Of a DNA stretch of 64,000 nucleotides, positions 9,664-20,366 are shown in pieces. Each line of letters begins with the position of its first letter. Position 1 is the stretch's first letter. The notes below the pieces were generated by a model that was not told where the DNA came from, did not search any database, and saw nothing but the letters and a program-made list of their open reading frames with translations. Where the stretch lies: contig JBCNVB010000018.1 of NCBI GenBank assembly GCA_039630415.1, positions 35,233 to 99,232 on the forward strand, written 5' to 3'. Source of the stretch: a bacterium. Its GTDB lineage: Bacteria; DRYD01. The position numbers were made by a program, and so were the translations under genes.

Positions 9664-12147
9664 TTATTCAGTATTTACTTCTATGACGTTTATCTTGAGG
9701 GGATCATTCTTGGTTACTTGGAATTTTATTTGTCCGTCCTGTACATAAGCTTTTATTTCTGCTTCTTCGAACACGTTGTTTTTCAACATCTCTTCAGCTA
9801 AGTTTTCCTCTATTAGGGTTGTTATACTTCTTCTTAGTGGCCTAGCTCCAAAACTGGGGTTATATCCATGTTTTACTATTAGTTCTCTTACCTGATCATC
9901 TATTTCTAGTTTTATCTTTCTGGAAGCTAGTTCTTTTTGAACTGGTTTTAATAGAATATCTACGATTGCTTTGAGTTCGTTTAATCCTAGTGGTCTAAAG
10001 ACTAGAATTTCGTCTATTCTATTGAGTAGTTCAGGTCGGAAAAGTTTTTTAACCTCTTCCATTACTTTTGCTTTCATTTTATTGTAAACTTTGTCAGGAT
10101 CTTCTTCCTTTTTCTCTGTTCTTAATCCTAGTTCTCTAGTGGTTACTGTTTCATGTGTACCTACGTTTGAGGTCATGATTATAATGGTATTTTTAAAGTC
10201 AACAGTTCTGCCTTGGCTATCAGTAAGTCTACCATCTTCAAATATTTGAAGGAGTATGTTAAAAACATCTGGGTGAGCCTTTTCTATTTCATCGAATAGG
10301 ACTACGGAGAAGGGTCTTCTTCTGACTCTTTCGGTTAGTTGTCCTCCTTCTTCGTACCCCACGTATCCTGGTGGTGCTCCTATAAGTCTGGTAACAGAGA
10401 ATTTTTCCATATATTCTGACATATCTATTCTGATTAAAGCTTCTTCTGTTCCGAAGAGGAACTCAGCTAGGGCTTTAGCTGTTTCTGTTTTACCTACGCC
10501 GGTTGGTCCAAGGAACATAAATACTCCTACGGGGCGCTTGGGGTCTTTTATACCTGCTCTGGCTCTTCTTACAGCCTTTGATATTTTTGTTATTACCTCG
10601 TCCTGTCCAACCACTCTTTCTTTTAGATAGTTTTCCATGTTAATAAGTTTTTCGGTTTCGCTTTGGGTAAGTTTAGTTACCGGTATACCTGTCCAGGCGG
10701 AGACTATTTCTGCAATGTGTTCCTCTTTAACTACATTTTCTTCATTATCTGGGTTAGCTATTTTCATTCTCCATTGCAGTTCTAATTCTTCTTTTTTAAG
10801 TCTTAGAGCTTCTTCTTCTTTTTTGAGTTTTTTAGCTTGTTCAAAGTCTTCAGAATGAGAATAATACTCTTTTTCTCTTTGTATTTCCTTGAGTCTATTT
10901 TCTATTTCAACGAGTTCTGGTGGGTATTGATATAGTTTAAGTCTCAGTTTTGCTGCAGCCTCATCTACCAAGTCTATTGCTTTATCTGGTAAATATCTAT
11001 CGGATATGTATCGGTAAGATAGTTTAACGGCAGCTTCGATAGCTTCGTCTGATATTTTTACTTTATGGTGGGCTTCATATCTATCTCTGAGTCCCTTAAG
11101 GATAGTAATAGCTTCTTCTATTGAGGGTTCTTCTACCATTACTGATTGGAATCGTCTTTCCAAAGCTGCGTCTTTTTCTATATGTTTTCTGTATTCTTGG
11201 ATAGTGGTAGCACCGATTGTTTGAATTTCACCTCTGGCAAGAGCAGGTTTGAGAATGTTAGAGGCATCTATAGCCCCTTCTGCAGCTCCAGCTCCTATTA
11301 TGGTGTGTAATTCGTCTATAAAGAGAATTATTGTTCCTGCTGCTTCTCTTATTTCTTCCATTACTCTCTTCATTCTTTCTTCGAATTCTCCCCTGTATTT
11401 TGTACCAGCTACAAGTCCAGCCAAGTCCATAGCTATTACTCTTTTACCTCTAAGTAGATCAGGTACTTCGTTTTTTACTATTTTTTGAGCAAGTCCTTCC
11501 ACAATGGCTGTTTTTCCAACTCCTGGTTCACCTATAAGTACGGGGTTGTTTTTGGTTCTCCTCGATAGAATTTGGATAACTCTTTGTATTTCTTTGGTTC
11601 TACCGATAACTGGGTCGAGTTTACCTTCTTTAGCAAGTTTGGTGAGATCTCTTCCATACATATCCAAGGTAGGAGTTTTAACTTCGTGTTCTTTATGTTT
11701 TCTAACAAAATCGAATCCCATTATTCTGGTTAGTTCTTCTTTTAGTGCGTTAATGTTTACGTTGATTTTTTGGAGGATTCTGTAACCGACACCACCTGTT
11801 TCGGAGAGGATTCCAAGAAGTATGTGTTCAGGTCCTATATAGTTGTGATTCATGGATCTCGCTTCGTCAAATGCATTTTCTATGGCTTTCTTTGCCCGTG
11901 GAGAGAATTCTAATTCCGTTTTGGAGCTAATAGTTTGAGATTTACCAAGAAAATTCTCTATTTCTTTTTTTAGTTTTTGATAGGTTATGTCGTATTTGTT
12001 GAGTATTTTGGCAGCTATGCTTTCACCTTCTACTACTATACCGAGTAGCAAATGTTCTGTTCCGACGTGAGAGGAGCCAAGGTTTTTTGCTTCTTCCTGA
12101 GCAAATATTATAACTTTTTTAGCTCTCTCTGTGAAAGTTTCCCACAT
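9664..12147 (-). CDS. clpC: ATP-dependent Clp protease ATP-binding subunit ClpC
   Basis: 827 aa. Two Clp_N repeats and two AAA+ modules (GEPGVGKT and GPTGVGKT Walker A motifs). A UVR-like coiled coil lies between them. C-terminal ClpB_D2-small domain. Confidence 0.9.
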   Translation of the reverse strand: MWETFTERAKKVIIFAQEEAKNLGSSHVGTEHLLLGIVVEGESIAAKILNKYDITYQKLKKEIENFLGKSQTISSKTELEFSPRAKKAIENAFDEARSMNHNYIGPEHILLGILSETGGVGYRILQKINVNINALKEELTRIMGFDFVRKHKEHEVKTPTLDMYGRDLTKLAKEGKLDPVIGRTKEIQRVIQILSRRTKNNPVLIGEPGVGKTAIVEGLAQKIVKNEVPDLLRGKRVIAMDLAGLVAGTKYRGEFEERMKRVMEEIREAAGTIILFIDELHTIIGAGAAEGAIDASNILKPALARGEIQTIGATTIQEYRKHIEKDAALERRFQSVMVEEPSIEEAITILKGLRDRYEAHHKVKISDEAIEAAVKLSYRYISDRYLPDKAIDLVDEAAAKLRLKLYQYPPELVEIENRLKEIQREKEYYSHSEDFEQAKKLKKEEEALRLKKEELELQWRMKIANPDNEENVVKEEHIAEIVSAWTGIPVTKLTQSETEKLINMENYLKERVVGQDEVITKISKAVRRARAGIKDPKRPVGVFMFLGPTGVGKTETAKALAEFLFGTEEALIRIDMSEYMEKFSVTRLIGAPPGYVGYEEGGQLTERVRRRPFSVVLFDEIEKAHPDVFNILLQIFEDGRLTDSQGRTVDFKNTIIIMTSNVGTHETVTTRELGLRTEKKEEDPDKVYNKMKAKVMEEVKKLFRPELLNRIDEILVFRPLGLNELKAIVDILLKPVQKELASRKIKLEIDDQVRELIVKHGYNPSFGARPLRRSITTLIEENLAEEMLKNNVFEEAEIKAYVQDGQIKFQVTKNDPLKINVIEVNTE

Positions 12148-12200
12148 TTCATTTCACCTACCTTAGATGGATTCAATAGCTTTAGAGTATCTTCTCAATA

Positions 12201-13355
12201 CTATTTTCTTAGGTTAGATGGTATATTTTTGATATCTATTTCATCTAGGTTATGTTCATCGGAGATGTTAACTGCTTCGAATATAGTTTCTTGTTTTTCT
12301 TCAGTTTTTCTCTTAATGGATGATTCACTTTTTATATCTATTTTCCATTTGGTTATAGTAGCTGTAAGTTTAGCGTTGTATCCTTCTTTACCTATGGCGA
12401 TAGATAATTGCTCATCTGGTACGATTATTCGTGCTATTTTGTTTTCATAGTCTAGATCGAGTGAGAGTATTTTAACATTTCCAAGAGCTCTAGGTATGAG
12501 AACCTTTGGGTCATCTGAGTGTAGGATAACATCAATTCTTTCGCCATTTATTTCATTAACCACGTTTTGTATTCTGAAGTTTTTGGGTCCTAGGATAGTA
12601 GATACAGGGTCTAGGTAGGGCAGTTTACTTCTTACGGTTAATTTGGTTCTATATCCTGGTTGCCTTACAATTTCTACTATCTCTATGTTTCCTTCCTTTA
12701 TTTCGTTATATTCTTTTTCTAGTAGTTTTCTAATAAACAGAGGGCTTTTACGGTTAAGAATTGCTACTATGTTACTTTTGGTGTTATCTTCCTTTATTCC
12801 GATTATTAGGAAAGACATTTTTTTGTTTACGAAGTAGGGTTCATTTTTTACTTGGTATATTGGTGGTAGGAGTCCTATAGCTTTTTCAAATTCTACCCAT
12901 ACATTTCCTCTTTCGTCTTTTTTTCTGATAGTGCCGGTGTAGACGGTTTTCAGGTTTTTGGTTATTTCTTGGTAGGCGGCTTCGTATTCTAGTTCTTTAA
13001 TTTTTTGAGCGAGCAGTTGTTTTGCTACAAGAGCTTCTGATCGGGAAAAATCTTTATCATTAGCTTCAACAAATATTTTTTCCCCCTCTTTTACATTTTT
13101 GTTATATTTTTTTTGAGCTTCTTTTAGGGTTATTTGGAGGGGATTGCCATTAGTTATGGTTTTAACCACTTCTTTTTCTATTAGTATTTTCATGTCGTCC
13201 TTTTCAATTTCTATTTTTACGTTTGGTGTTACTTTATACTTTTTTTTGAAGGATTTGGATATAGAGTCTGAGAGAATTTCTATAAGTTTTTCAAGAGGGA
13301 TTCCTTTTTCGTAGGATAGCTGTCTTATGGCGCTAAGAAGTACTCTGGTTTGCAT
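12201..13355 (-). CDS. nusA: transcription termination/antitermination factor NusA
   Basis: 384 aa. N-terminal LLSAIRQLSYEKGIPLEKLIEIL, followed by S1 and KH-type domains. Confidence 0.85.
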   Translation of the reverse strand: MQTRVLLSAIRQLSYEKGIPLEKLIEILSDSISKSFKKKYKVTPNVKIEIEKDDMKILIEKEVVKTITNGNPLQITLKEAQKKYNKNVKEGEKIFVEANDKDFSRSEALVAKQLLAQKIKELEYEAAYQEITKNLKTVYTGTIRKKDERGNVWVEFEKAIGLLPPIYQVKNEPYFVNKKMSFLIIGIKEDNTKSNIVAILNRKSPLFIRKLLEKEYNEIKEGNIEIVEIVRQPGYRTKLTVRSKLPYLDPVSTILGPKNFRIQNVVNEINGERIDVILHSDDPKVLIPRALGNVKILSLDLDYENKIARIIVPDEQLSIAIGKEGYNAKLTATITKWKIDIKSESSIKRKTEEKQETIFEAVNISDEHNLDEIDIKNIPSNLRK

Positions 13356-13367
13356 TTTTATTCCCCC

Positions 13368-13628
13368 TTATTTTATTCCTTTTGATTGGACTTCTAAAAA
13401 ATACTTTTCTTTTATTATGTCAATTTGATCGAGATAGCTTTCTATTCTTTTACTGTACATTTCGCAATCTTTAATTGATGTTCCGCCTTCCCTTGAAATC
13501 GTAAATCTTAGAATTAGATTTTTTTTATGTCTGAATAGTTTTATGTCATGTAATTGTAATTCGAGATCATTGGCTATTTGAATAGCTTTCTCCTTTATAG
13601 CTTCTACTATTTCGTGGTTACTTCTCAT
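13368..13628 (-). CDS. rimP: ribosome maturation factor RimP, N-terminal-domain-only short form
   Basis: 86 aa, immediately upstream of nusA in the conserved rimP-nusA arrangement. The sequence ends at ...FLEVQSKGIK, which corresponds to the RimP 'LEVSSPG' motif. No C-terminal domain is present. Confidence 0.5.
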   Translation of the reverse strand: MRSNHEIVEAIKEKAIQIANDLELQLHDIKLFRHKKNLILRFTISREGGTSIKDCEMYSKRIESYLDQIDIIKEKYFLEVQSKGIK

Positions 13629-13693
13629 AATTTTTCACCACATTCATCCCAACATCTCAATAAATTTATTCTATAAATTCAATTAGTAAACCT

Positions 13694-15283
13694 TTATATA
13701 ACTATTTTGGAAGAGAATTTTATTCTTCTAGAATTTGCGAATCTGTGAGCTTCATCTCTAAGTTTTCTTATAAAGTTTAGGATATTTTCTTCAAGTTGTA
13801 TTTGTTTGATTTCATGATCGTATATGTATATTTTATCATCTGGTTTGGCTATGGACATGAATTTAATGTTTAGCCGTGTTTTAGAGTCATTATAAGCTTT
13901 TATAGCGTAGGATAGTTGATTTATTCCCCCATCGACTATTATTAATTGAGGAGTTATATCTTTAAGTAAAGAGCTAGTAAATCTTCTATAAACTAGCTCG
14001 TAAACGTTCATTAAATCGTCGTGAGCATGACTTAGCTTGAATATTCTATACTTTGATTTATTTAGTTTACCTTTTTCGGAAACTACCAGAGAACCGTAAA
14101 CATTATCTCCATAAAAATGACTGACATCTATAGCCTCTATTCTGTATATTGCATCTATTTTGAGCAACTTACACAGTTTTTCTAAGATTAGGTATACGTT
14201 ATTTTGTTGATAGTACTGGATTTTTTGGTTACATACTTTTTCGAGATATAAGAAATTTTCGTCATTAGTACTAGAAAGGCATATATTTTGTAATTTTTCA
14301 GATATTTCGTCTTGATAATTTTTTAAGTAGTTAGTGATAAATTCTTTTAGAGATTCTAGATATTGTGGTTGTATGAATATTGGGTTGGATTTGATATTAA
14401 GTATGGTGTTAAAAAGTATCTGTTCTGGGGATAATTCTTCAGCGTTTTCTATTTCTAGGATTTTCAGATTAGTTGGGGCAGTAAATACACCTAAAATAGT
14501 TACATATTCATCTTTACAAAGATACAGATAAACAGCTTGATTTGATTCTAGGACTTTATGTTTGTAAGATAGTAGGGTTCTGAGTTTGTTTCTATAGATT
14601 ATTGCTTTTTCGTACTCAAGTTTTTCGGAAAGTTCTTTTATTTTCTGTTCGTATTCCTGTATTAGTTGATCTATAGTTTTTTTTTGCATTTTTATGATTT
14701 CGAGGGATTTATTGAAGTTTTGGTTGTATTGGTTTTTGGATATCATGTTTTGACATGGTCCTGAGCAGTAACCTAGATGATAATATAAACATAGCGGTGG
14801 TCTTATTTTTCTGAAATCGTACTGACATTGTCTAATACCAAATATAGTCCCCATCATTTTGAACAATTCTTTGTAATTTATGCTTGTAATAAATGGTCCG
14901 AAGATTTCTTTCGTATAACTATCAAAATCAGAAGAAAGTGAAAAATAGGGGTATCCATCTTTGTCTATTACAACTATGTACTTCAGCGGATTTTTATACT
15001 TGTACTGAATGTTATATTTAGGTTTTTTTTCGTATATAAGTTTTGATTCTAATATTTGAGCTTCTAGTTCAGAGTTTGTTATTAGGTACTCCAGATTATC
15101 CGAATTTTCCACTATTTCTTTAGTTTTAGCGTCTTTTACGGTTAGATAACTTCTTATTCTATTTTTTAAATTTTTGGCTTTACCAATGTATATGATAATA
15201 TCTTTCTTCTTGAAAAAGTACACTCCAGGTAGTGAAGGTATTTCTTTGAGATTGATCTTTATCACATTTATATCTTTCAACAT
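13694..15283 (-). CDS. uvrC: excinuclease ABC subunit C
   Basis: 529 aa. N-terminal GIY-YIG nuclease domain (LPSLPGVYFFKKKDIIIYIGKAKNLKNRIRSY), a UvrBC-interaction region, and a C-terminal RNase H-like endonuclease region. Confidence 0.8.
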   Translation of the reverse strand: MLKDINVIKINLKEIPSLPGVYFFKKKDIIIYIGKAKNLKNRIRSYLTVKDAKTKEIVENSDNLEYLITNSELEAQILESKLIYEKKPKYNIQYKYKNPLKYIVVIDKDGYPYFSLSSDFDSYTKEIFGPFITSINYKELFKMMGTIFGIRQCQYDFRKIRPPLCLYYHLGYCSGPCQNMISKNQYNQNFNKSLEIIKMQKKTIDQLIQEYEQKIKELSEKLEYEKAIIYRNKLRTLLSYKHKVLESNQAVYLYLCKDEYVTILGVFTAPTNLKILEIENAEELSPEQILFNTILNIKSNPIFIQPQYLESLKEFITNYLKNYQDEISEKLQNICLSSTNDENFLYLEKVCNQKIQYYQQNNVYLILEKLCKLLKIDAIYRIEAIDVSHFYGDNVYGSLVVSEKGKLNKSKYRIFKLSHAHDDLMNVYELVYRRFTSSLLKDITPQLIIVDGGINQLSYAIKAYNDSKTRLNIKFMSIAKPDDKIYIYDHEIKQIQLEENILNFIRKLRDEAHRFANSRRIKFSSKIVI

Positions 15284-15336
15284 TTCTTTAAATCAAACCT
15301 ACAGGATACATTAATGGTACATAGAATTCTATAATT

Positions 15337-15657
15337 GTGGACAAAATATCAATTCTGAAGAAGTTAGAGATGTTATACTTCTTAGTTTTAGATGAGCAAA
15401 ATAATAAAGATTTCATCCAATTTCTGTTGGATATAAGAAAAAAAGTCTATGATCCACAAGTTATTGAATACTTAGATAATAGAATAGAGCAGAAAATAAA
15501 GTTAATAACGAAGATAAGAAGTATTAGAGATAACGTAGAGAGGGATCTAAAGAAAGAAAACCTATCTCTAGAACAGTTTTTAACAATATTTTTACAAACA
15601 CAAATGAATAAAAAACTGTTAAATGGGAATGAAAAAGATAGAGACAAGGAAAATTAA
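15337..15657 (+). CDS. hypothetical protein
   Basis: 106 aa ORF diverging from uvrC. No motifs recognised. Confidence 0.3.
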   Translation: MDKISILKKLEMLYFLVLDEQNNKDFIQFLLDIRKKVYDPQVIEYLDNRIEQKIKLITKIRSIRDNVERDLKKENLSLEQFLTIFLQTQMNKKLLNGNEKDRDKEN

Positions 15658-15674
15658 CAAGGAGGTTAGGCAAA

Positions 15675-16643
15675 ATGAAGATATTTGTAATAGTGATGAT
15701 AATAATCCTAGTAACAGTTACAAGCTATGCCCAAACAGTAGTTGGTAATTTTGTGAGATTTGGTTCAAATAGTGTAGTAATAAAGACAGAAAACGATATC
15801 TTAAATCTTCCAATATCCAGTGATTTGATAGTTTTGGACAATAAAGGTCAAAGAGTTTCTCCGGCTTCATTGTATGAAAATGCAAAAGTAACAGCTAAAT
15901 ATGAAAATGGAAAAGTAATATCAATAGTAGTAGATAGTGAACATGTAAATCTTTCATCTACAAATCAATCAAAACCTGAATACCAATTACTTTACAGAGA
16001 CACCACTTACCAATACAAATCTTATCAAGCTCCTGTAAAAGTTTCATACTTCGGTTATTTACCAGTAGATTATCAATATATCTATAATCCACCAGTAAAT
16101 TTATCGACAGGACAGTTAAACTACTATAGCTATGTTCCCGTATATAACTATACTTTTGGTGGATCAGCAAGTATGGCAAATGAAATAGATTTCTACAATA
16201 ATCTCATAGCAAATAACTATTATTCTCCTAGATACTACTATGAAATGATGTCCTCCCTTTCTTCAAGCGAAGTACCTAACTACTACTACATTTCAAAAAT
16301 GCAAGAAAAGACTCCATACTACTACAAAACTCAACCTACTCAAAATATCCCAGCTACTCAGGGTAATCCAGTGCAAGCTCTATCAGTAAATACCTCAACA
16401 ACTAACACTATATTTGGAACTCTAGTAGATATAAGAGATGATAAATTAGTAGTTTATGCAGATAGAATATACCAGGTTGAAGTTAATAACCTTTCTAACT
16501 TGTTTGTAAGAAAGAGCGGAAAATATATACCCATAAATGATAAGCAAGAACTAAGAAACTTACTAAATAAATCAGTAGAACTTACCGTTACAACAACTAG
16601 CGATAAGATAATAGCTAACACAGTAGTTATATCTGCACAATAA
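15675..16643 (+). CDS. secreted Tyr-rich hypothetical protein
   Basis: 322 aa. N-terminal signal peptide (MKIFVIVMIIILVTVTSYA). Many YY/YYY motifs in the middle (NYYSPRYYYEMM, PNYYYISK, TPYYYKTQ). A strong Shine-Dalgarno (aaggagg) sits 8 nt upstream. Confidence 0.5.
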   Translation: MKIFVIVMIIILVTVTSYAQTVVGNFVRFGSNSVVIKTENDILNLPISSDLIVLDNKGQRVSPASLYENAKVTAKYENGKVISIVVDSEHVNLSSTNQSKPEYQLLYRDTTYQYKSYQAPVKVSYFGYLPVDYQYIYNPPVNLSTGQLNYYSYVPVYNYTFGGSASMANEIDFYNNLIANNYYSPRYYYEMMSSLSSSEVPNYYYISKMQEKTPYYYKTQPTQNIPATQGNPVQALSVNTSTTNTIFGTLVDIRDDKLVVYADRIYQVEVNNLSNLFVRKSGKYIPINDKQELRNLLNKSVELTVTTTSDKIIANTVVISAQ

Positions 16644-16663
16644 AATACAAAGACCTCAATTTC

Positions 16664-17176
16664 ATGAGTGAAATACAATACATACGAGAAGTAATAGCTG
16701 AGTTCTCTAGTCTTCTAAAACAAAGGGACATAGAATACATGGATTATGAGTATATTTTTCCAGCAACGAATGACAAGCTTAAAATTTCTTTAAAAGTTAG
16801 AACAAATTCAAAAAAAATATCCCCATCATCAAATAATACAAAAAGAGAATCTAGTCAGGAAATAGATCAAAATACTTTATTAACAGAATCTGAAGATTTG
16901 GGAGGTTTCAAGTTGTACTTCACAACCCCTCAACAATTCTATATAGTCTCTACCCTCGTAGGAAAAGTCAAATTATTGAATAAAATTCAAAAAGAATCCG
17001 TTATCGAAAAAAAACAAAAAATAGCAGAAGTAGATATTCTCAACATTAAATATCCTGTACAATTAGACTTCAAAATAAAAATATTAGATATTCTAGTTGA
17101 GGACAATGAAAATGTAGATTACGGCAAGAAATTAATTCTTGCTGAAATTGTGGAAGATACAAATGGAAGTAGTTAG
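16664..17176 (+). CDS. hypothetical protein
   Basis: 170 aa ORF preceding rseP. No motifs recognised. Confidence 0.35.
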   Translation: MSEIQYIREVIAEFSSLLKQRDIEYMDYEYIFPATNDKLKISLKVRTNSKKISPSSNNTKRESSQEIDQNTLLTESEDLGGFKLYFTTPQQFYIVSTLVGKVKLLNKIQKESVIEKKQKIAEVDILNIKYPVQLDFKIKILDILVEDNENVDYGKKLILAEIVEDTNGSS

Positions 17177-18260
17177 CATACTTTTAGTAATTTTAGCATT
17201 CTTTTTGATAATACTTTTTCATGAGTTTGGGCATTATTTAGGATGTAGAATAGTAAATGTCAAAGTAGAGGAATTTTCAATAGGATTGGGTAAAGAGATA
17301 TGGTCAAAAAAAATAGGTGAAACGAAGTATACTTTAAGGCTACTTCCAATCGGTGGGTATGTTTTACCAGAAGGAGAAGAGTATAAAAAAGATCAACCTT
17401 TATCGGAAACTAATTTTTATTCCAAACCCCTATGGGCAAGATTTATAGTCATTGTTCTAGGTCCTATATTTAACTACATTTTCGCACTATTGATATTTTT
17501 ACTAGTTTTTAGTTTTTATGATTACAAAGTAACTACGGAAATAATGATGGTAGTAAATAATACTCCTGCACAGAAAGCAGGTCTAAAAGCAGGTGACATA
17601 ATAACCCAGATAGATTCCATATCCTTTGGATACTATGAAGGTAAAAAACTGATAGAATACATACATAACAGTAAAGGTAAGCTTCTAAATATAACAATTA
17701 AAAGAGGTACTCAAACTATAACATATCGAATACTCCCAGAGTATAACGCTCAGCAAAATTTTTATTATATAGGTTTCAATCCCAAGAAAAGCTTAGTTAT
17801 AGAGTTCAATTTTTTAAGAGGAGTAAGGGAATCTATTTTTACTACATATGATCTTACTGTTAGATACCTGAAAGTAATTGTGAGTATATTTACAGGTCAT
17901 ATACCTCTTAAGACAGTATATGAGCAGAGTGCTGGACCTATAGGTATAACCAAAATAATGTATGATTTTGCGAATCAGGGAATCTATAACTATCTAATGC
18001 TGGTTGGGTTTATAAACATAGTTATAGGATTGTTTAATTTACTGCCTTTTCCAGCATTGGATGGAGGAAGAATATTGTTTATTGGGATAAATTATATTCT
18101 AGGGATGTTGTCGTTGTTATTCAATAGAAAGATAGAAATAACACCAGATAAGGAAGAGATGTTTCATAAAGTTGGACTAGTTTTACTATTGGTTTTTGTA
18201 GCAATAGTTTCGTACAATGATATAGCTCGGATAATAAGAGGTGAGAGTTTTATCAAGTAG
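17139..18260 (+). CDS. rseP: RIP metalloprotease RseP (site-2 protease)
   Basis: Contains HEFGHYLGCR (HExxH), a PDZ domain, and the C-terminal LLPFPALDGG motif. The true start is probably MEVVSILLV (about 17163). Confidence 0.85.
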   Translation: MLKLWKIQMEVVSILLVILAFFLIILFHEFGHYLGCRIVNVKVEEFSIGLGKEIWSKKIGETKYTLRLLPIGGYVLPEGEEYKKDQPLSETNFYSKPLWARFIVIVLGPIFNYIFALLIFLLVFSFYDYKVTTEIMMVVNNTPAQKAGLKAGDIITQIDSISFGYYEGKKLIEYIHNSKGKLLNITIKRGTQTITYRILPEYNAQQNFYYIGFNPKKSLVIEFNFLRGVRESIFTTYDLTVRYLKVIVSIFTGHIPLKTVYEQSAGPIGITKIMYDFANQGIYNYLMLVGFINIVIGLFNLLPFPALDGGRILFIGINYILGMLSLLFNRKIEITPDKEEMFHKVGLVLLLVFVAIVSYNDIARIIRGESFIK

Positions 18261-18289
18261 AAATTAAGAGTATACGGAGGGGAGATGTA

Positions 18290-18375
18290 GCCGGAGTGGC
18301 GGAATTGGCAGACGCAGGAGACTCAAAATCTCCCGGAGCTCGCGCTCCGTGTGGGTTCGAGTCCCACCTCCGGCA
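18290..18375 (+). tRNA. tRNA-Leu (anticodon CAA)
   Basis: Acceptor stem GCCGGAG/CTCCGGC, D-arm, anticodon loop CTCAAAA, a long variable arm, and the T-arm GGTTCGAGTCC. Length about 86 nt. Confidence 0.85.
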
Positions 18376-18384
18376 GTAAACCAT

Positions 18385-18957
18385 ATGAAATTAAAAAAGG
18401 TGAGAGTTTATCAGTTAGCTACAGATATAGTTACAGATGATGCAGTAGTAATTTTGAAAGAGGAAGACGGCTCAGCAATTTTACCCATCATCATCGGACA
18501 TTTTGAAGCCTCTAGCATAGCTATAGCACTTGAAAAACTAAAAATAGAAAGACCCATGACACATGATCTAATTAAAAATATTCTTGAATCCCTAGATATA
18601 AAAATACAAAAAGTAGTGATAACTGAACTCAAGGGATCAACCTACTATGCTACGATATTCATACAGAAAGATAATAAAGTTATAGAAGTAGATGCCAGAC
18701 CAAGTGATAGCATAGCAATCGCAGTAAGAATAGGTTGCCCAATATTCGTAAATGAAAAACTATTACAAAATCTACCAATCCTAGAATATACCGAAAAAAC
18801 ATCGGAAATAAAGAGTATATCCAATCTACCAGATCCTGAAGATGAAGAAAAGGAAAAATTCAGGCAATTTCTTGAAAAGATTAAACCTACTGACTTTATA
18901 AGATTCTTCCAAGAACAAGAGAAAAAAGAAGAAGACCAACAGGAAAAGGATGGATAA
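18385..18957 (+). CDS. bifunctional nuclease family protein (DUF151)
   Basis: VRVYQLATDIVTDDAVVILKEEDGSAILPIIIGHFEASSIAIALE...YYATIFIQKDNKVIEVDARPSDSIAIAVR matches the BFN-domain pattern. The start is moved to the ATG at 18385 to avoid overlapping the tRNA. Confidence 0.65.
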   Translation: MKLKKVRVYQLATDIVTDDAVVILKEEDGSAILPIIIGHFEASSIAIALEKLKIERPMTHDLIKNILESLDIKIQKVVITELKGSTYYATIFIQKDNKVIEVDARPSDSIAIAVRIGCPIFVNEKLLQNLPILEYTEKTSEIKSISNLPDPEDEEKEKFRQFLEKIKPTDFIRFFQEQEKKEEDQQEKDG

Positions 18958-19780
18958 GCTTATGTACACAGCAGATATAGGAGTTCTTGGGGGAACAGGT
19001 TTTTATTCATTTTTAGAGTCAAAAGAGATCATAGTTGAAACTCCATACGGAAGTACATCAGATAAGATAGCTCTAGCAAAAGTAGCAGACAAAACCGTGG
19101 CTTTTCTTCCTCGACATGGTAAAGATCATAGATACCCTCCCTCAAAAATACCTTATAGAGCTAACATATGGGCTTTTAAGAAATTGGGTGTAAAATATAT
19201 AATAAGCCCTTGCGCAGTTGGATCCCTACAACCCTATATAAAACCTGGACATATAGTGATCCTCGACCAAATATTTGATAGAACATACAAAAGAGAAAAT
19301 ACATTTTATGAAGGTCCTATAACTACTCACGTATCTTTTGCTAACCCTTACAACGAATATCTCAGAAGCCTATTTATAAAAAAAGCGAAAGAAATGGGAA
19401 TAGAGCATCACGAAACTGGAACGGTAGTAGTAATAGAAGGTCCCAGATTTTCTACAAAAGCAGAAAGTAGATTTTATACTCAAATGGGTTTTCACGTAGT
19501 AAACATGACCCAAATGCCGGAAGCAATACTAGCAAGAGAATTACAAATTCCATTTGCAGGTATAGCTTTGGTAACAGACTATGATGTAGGTCTTGAAGGA
19601 CATCCTGAAATAGAACCAGTATCTCATCACATAGCAGTAGAAAATTTCAAGAAAAATCAAGAAAAATTAAAGCAATTAATACTTGAAGTAATCAAAGAAA
19701 TTGATCTAACAAAAGAACAACCAGAACATAAAGCTCTTGAAAATGCAAGATTCCATGAAGAACACATCGGACTAATATAG
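18950..19780 (+). CDS. mtnP: S-methyl-5'-thioadenosine phosphorylase
   Basis: 276 aa in the PNP/MTAP family. Contains ADIGVLGGTGFY, the phosphate-binding region, and VNMTQMPEAILARE. Confidence 0.85.
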   Translation: MDKLMYTADIGVLGGTGFYSFLESKEIIVETPYGSTSDKIALAKVADKTVAFLPRHGKDHRYPPSKIPYRANIWAFKKLGVKYIISPCAVGSLQPYIKPGHIVILDQIFDRTYKRENTFYEGPITTHVSFANPYNEYLRSLFIKKAKEMGIEHHETGTVVVIEGPRFSTKAESRFYTQMGFHVVNMTQMPEAILARELQIPFAGIALVTDYDVGLEGHPEIEPVSHHIAVENFKKNQEKLKQLILEVIKEIDLTKEQPEHKALENARFHEEHIGLI

Positions 19781-19781
19781 T

Positions 19782-20309
19782 ATGTATACCCTAAGTTTAT
19801 CTGAAGATAAAGTATTGCAGATAGTAAGAGGAGATATAACAGAGCAGCCAGACATAGAATGTATCGTTAACTCTGCGAACAGTCAGTTACTTCCTGGTGG
19901 AGGAGTATCTGGAGCGATTCATAAAAAAGCAGGTCCTGAGCTATATGAATATTGTAAAAAATTAGCTCCCATAAAGGTAACTCAAGCTGTAATTACACCA
20001 GCATTTAAATTACCCAACAAGTACATAATACATACTTTAGGACCTGTTTATGGTGTTGATAAGCCTGAAGATGAATTGCTAAAAAAAACCTATCAAAATT
20101 GTATGGAATTAGCAGATAAGCAAGGTATAAAATCAATAGCATTTCCTTCGATATCAACTGGCATATTTGGGTATCCGATAAACTTAGCAGCTCCGATCGC
20201 AATTAAAGCTATTTTAGAAAAACTAGTAGATACGAGAATAAGTTTAGTTAGAATGGTTTTGTGGAGTGAAGAGGACTATAAAGTTTACGAAGGGGTTGTA
20301 GCTCAATAA
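19782..20309 (+). CDS. macro-domain protein (O-acetyl-ADP-ribose deacetylase-like)
   Basis: 175 aa. CIVNSANSQLLPGGGVSGAIHKKAGPEL is the macro-domain ADP-ribose-binding signature. Confidence 0.8.
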   Translation: MYTLSLSEDKVLQIVRGDITEQPDIECIVNSANSQLLPGGGVSGAIHKKAGPELYEYCKKLAPIKVTQAVITPAFKLPNKYIIHTLGPVYGVDKPEDELLKKTYQNCMELADKQGIKSIAFPSISTGIFGYPINLAAPIAIKAILEKLVDTRISLVRMVLWSEEDYKVYEGVVAQ

Positions 20310-20366
20310 GGATAGAGCGTTGCCCTCCTAAGGCAGAGGTTGCCGGTTCAAGTCCGGCCAACCCCA
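20292..20366 (+). tRNA. tRNA-Arg (anticodon CCT)
   Basis: Acceptor stem GGGGTTG/CAACCCC, D-loop AGCTCAATAAGGATAGAGC, anticodon loop CTCCTAA, and T-arm GGTTCAAGTCC. It overlaps the last 18 nt of the macro-domain ORF. Confidence 0.8.

Noticed and set aside
13694-15283. UvrC looks short (529 aa), possibly lacking the C-terminal (HhH)2 domain.
   Set aside because: The difference from typical UvrC is only about 30-70 aa. Without an alignment I cannot tell a missing HhH from normal length variation. Not confident enough to call it a finding.
18349-18384. Annotated start of the bifunctional-nuclease ORF inside tRNA-Leu(CAA).
   Set aside because: The first 12 codons are the tRNA 3' half. The internal ATG at 18385 (MKLKKV) is the plausible start.
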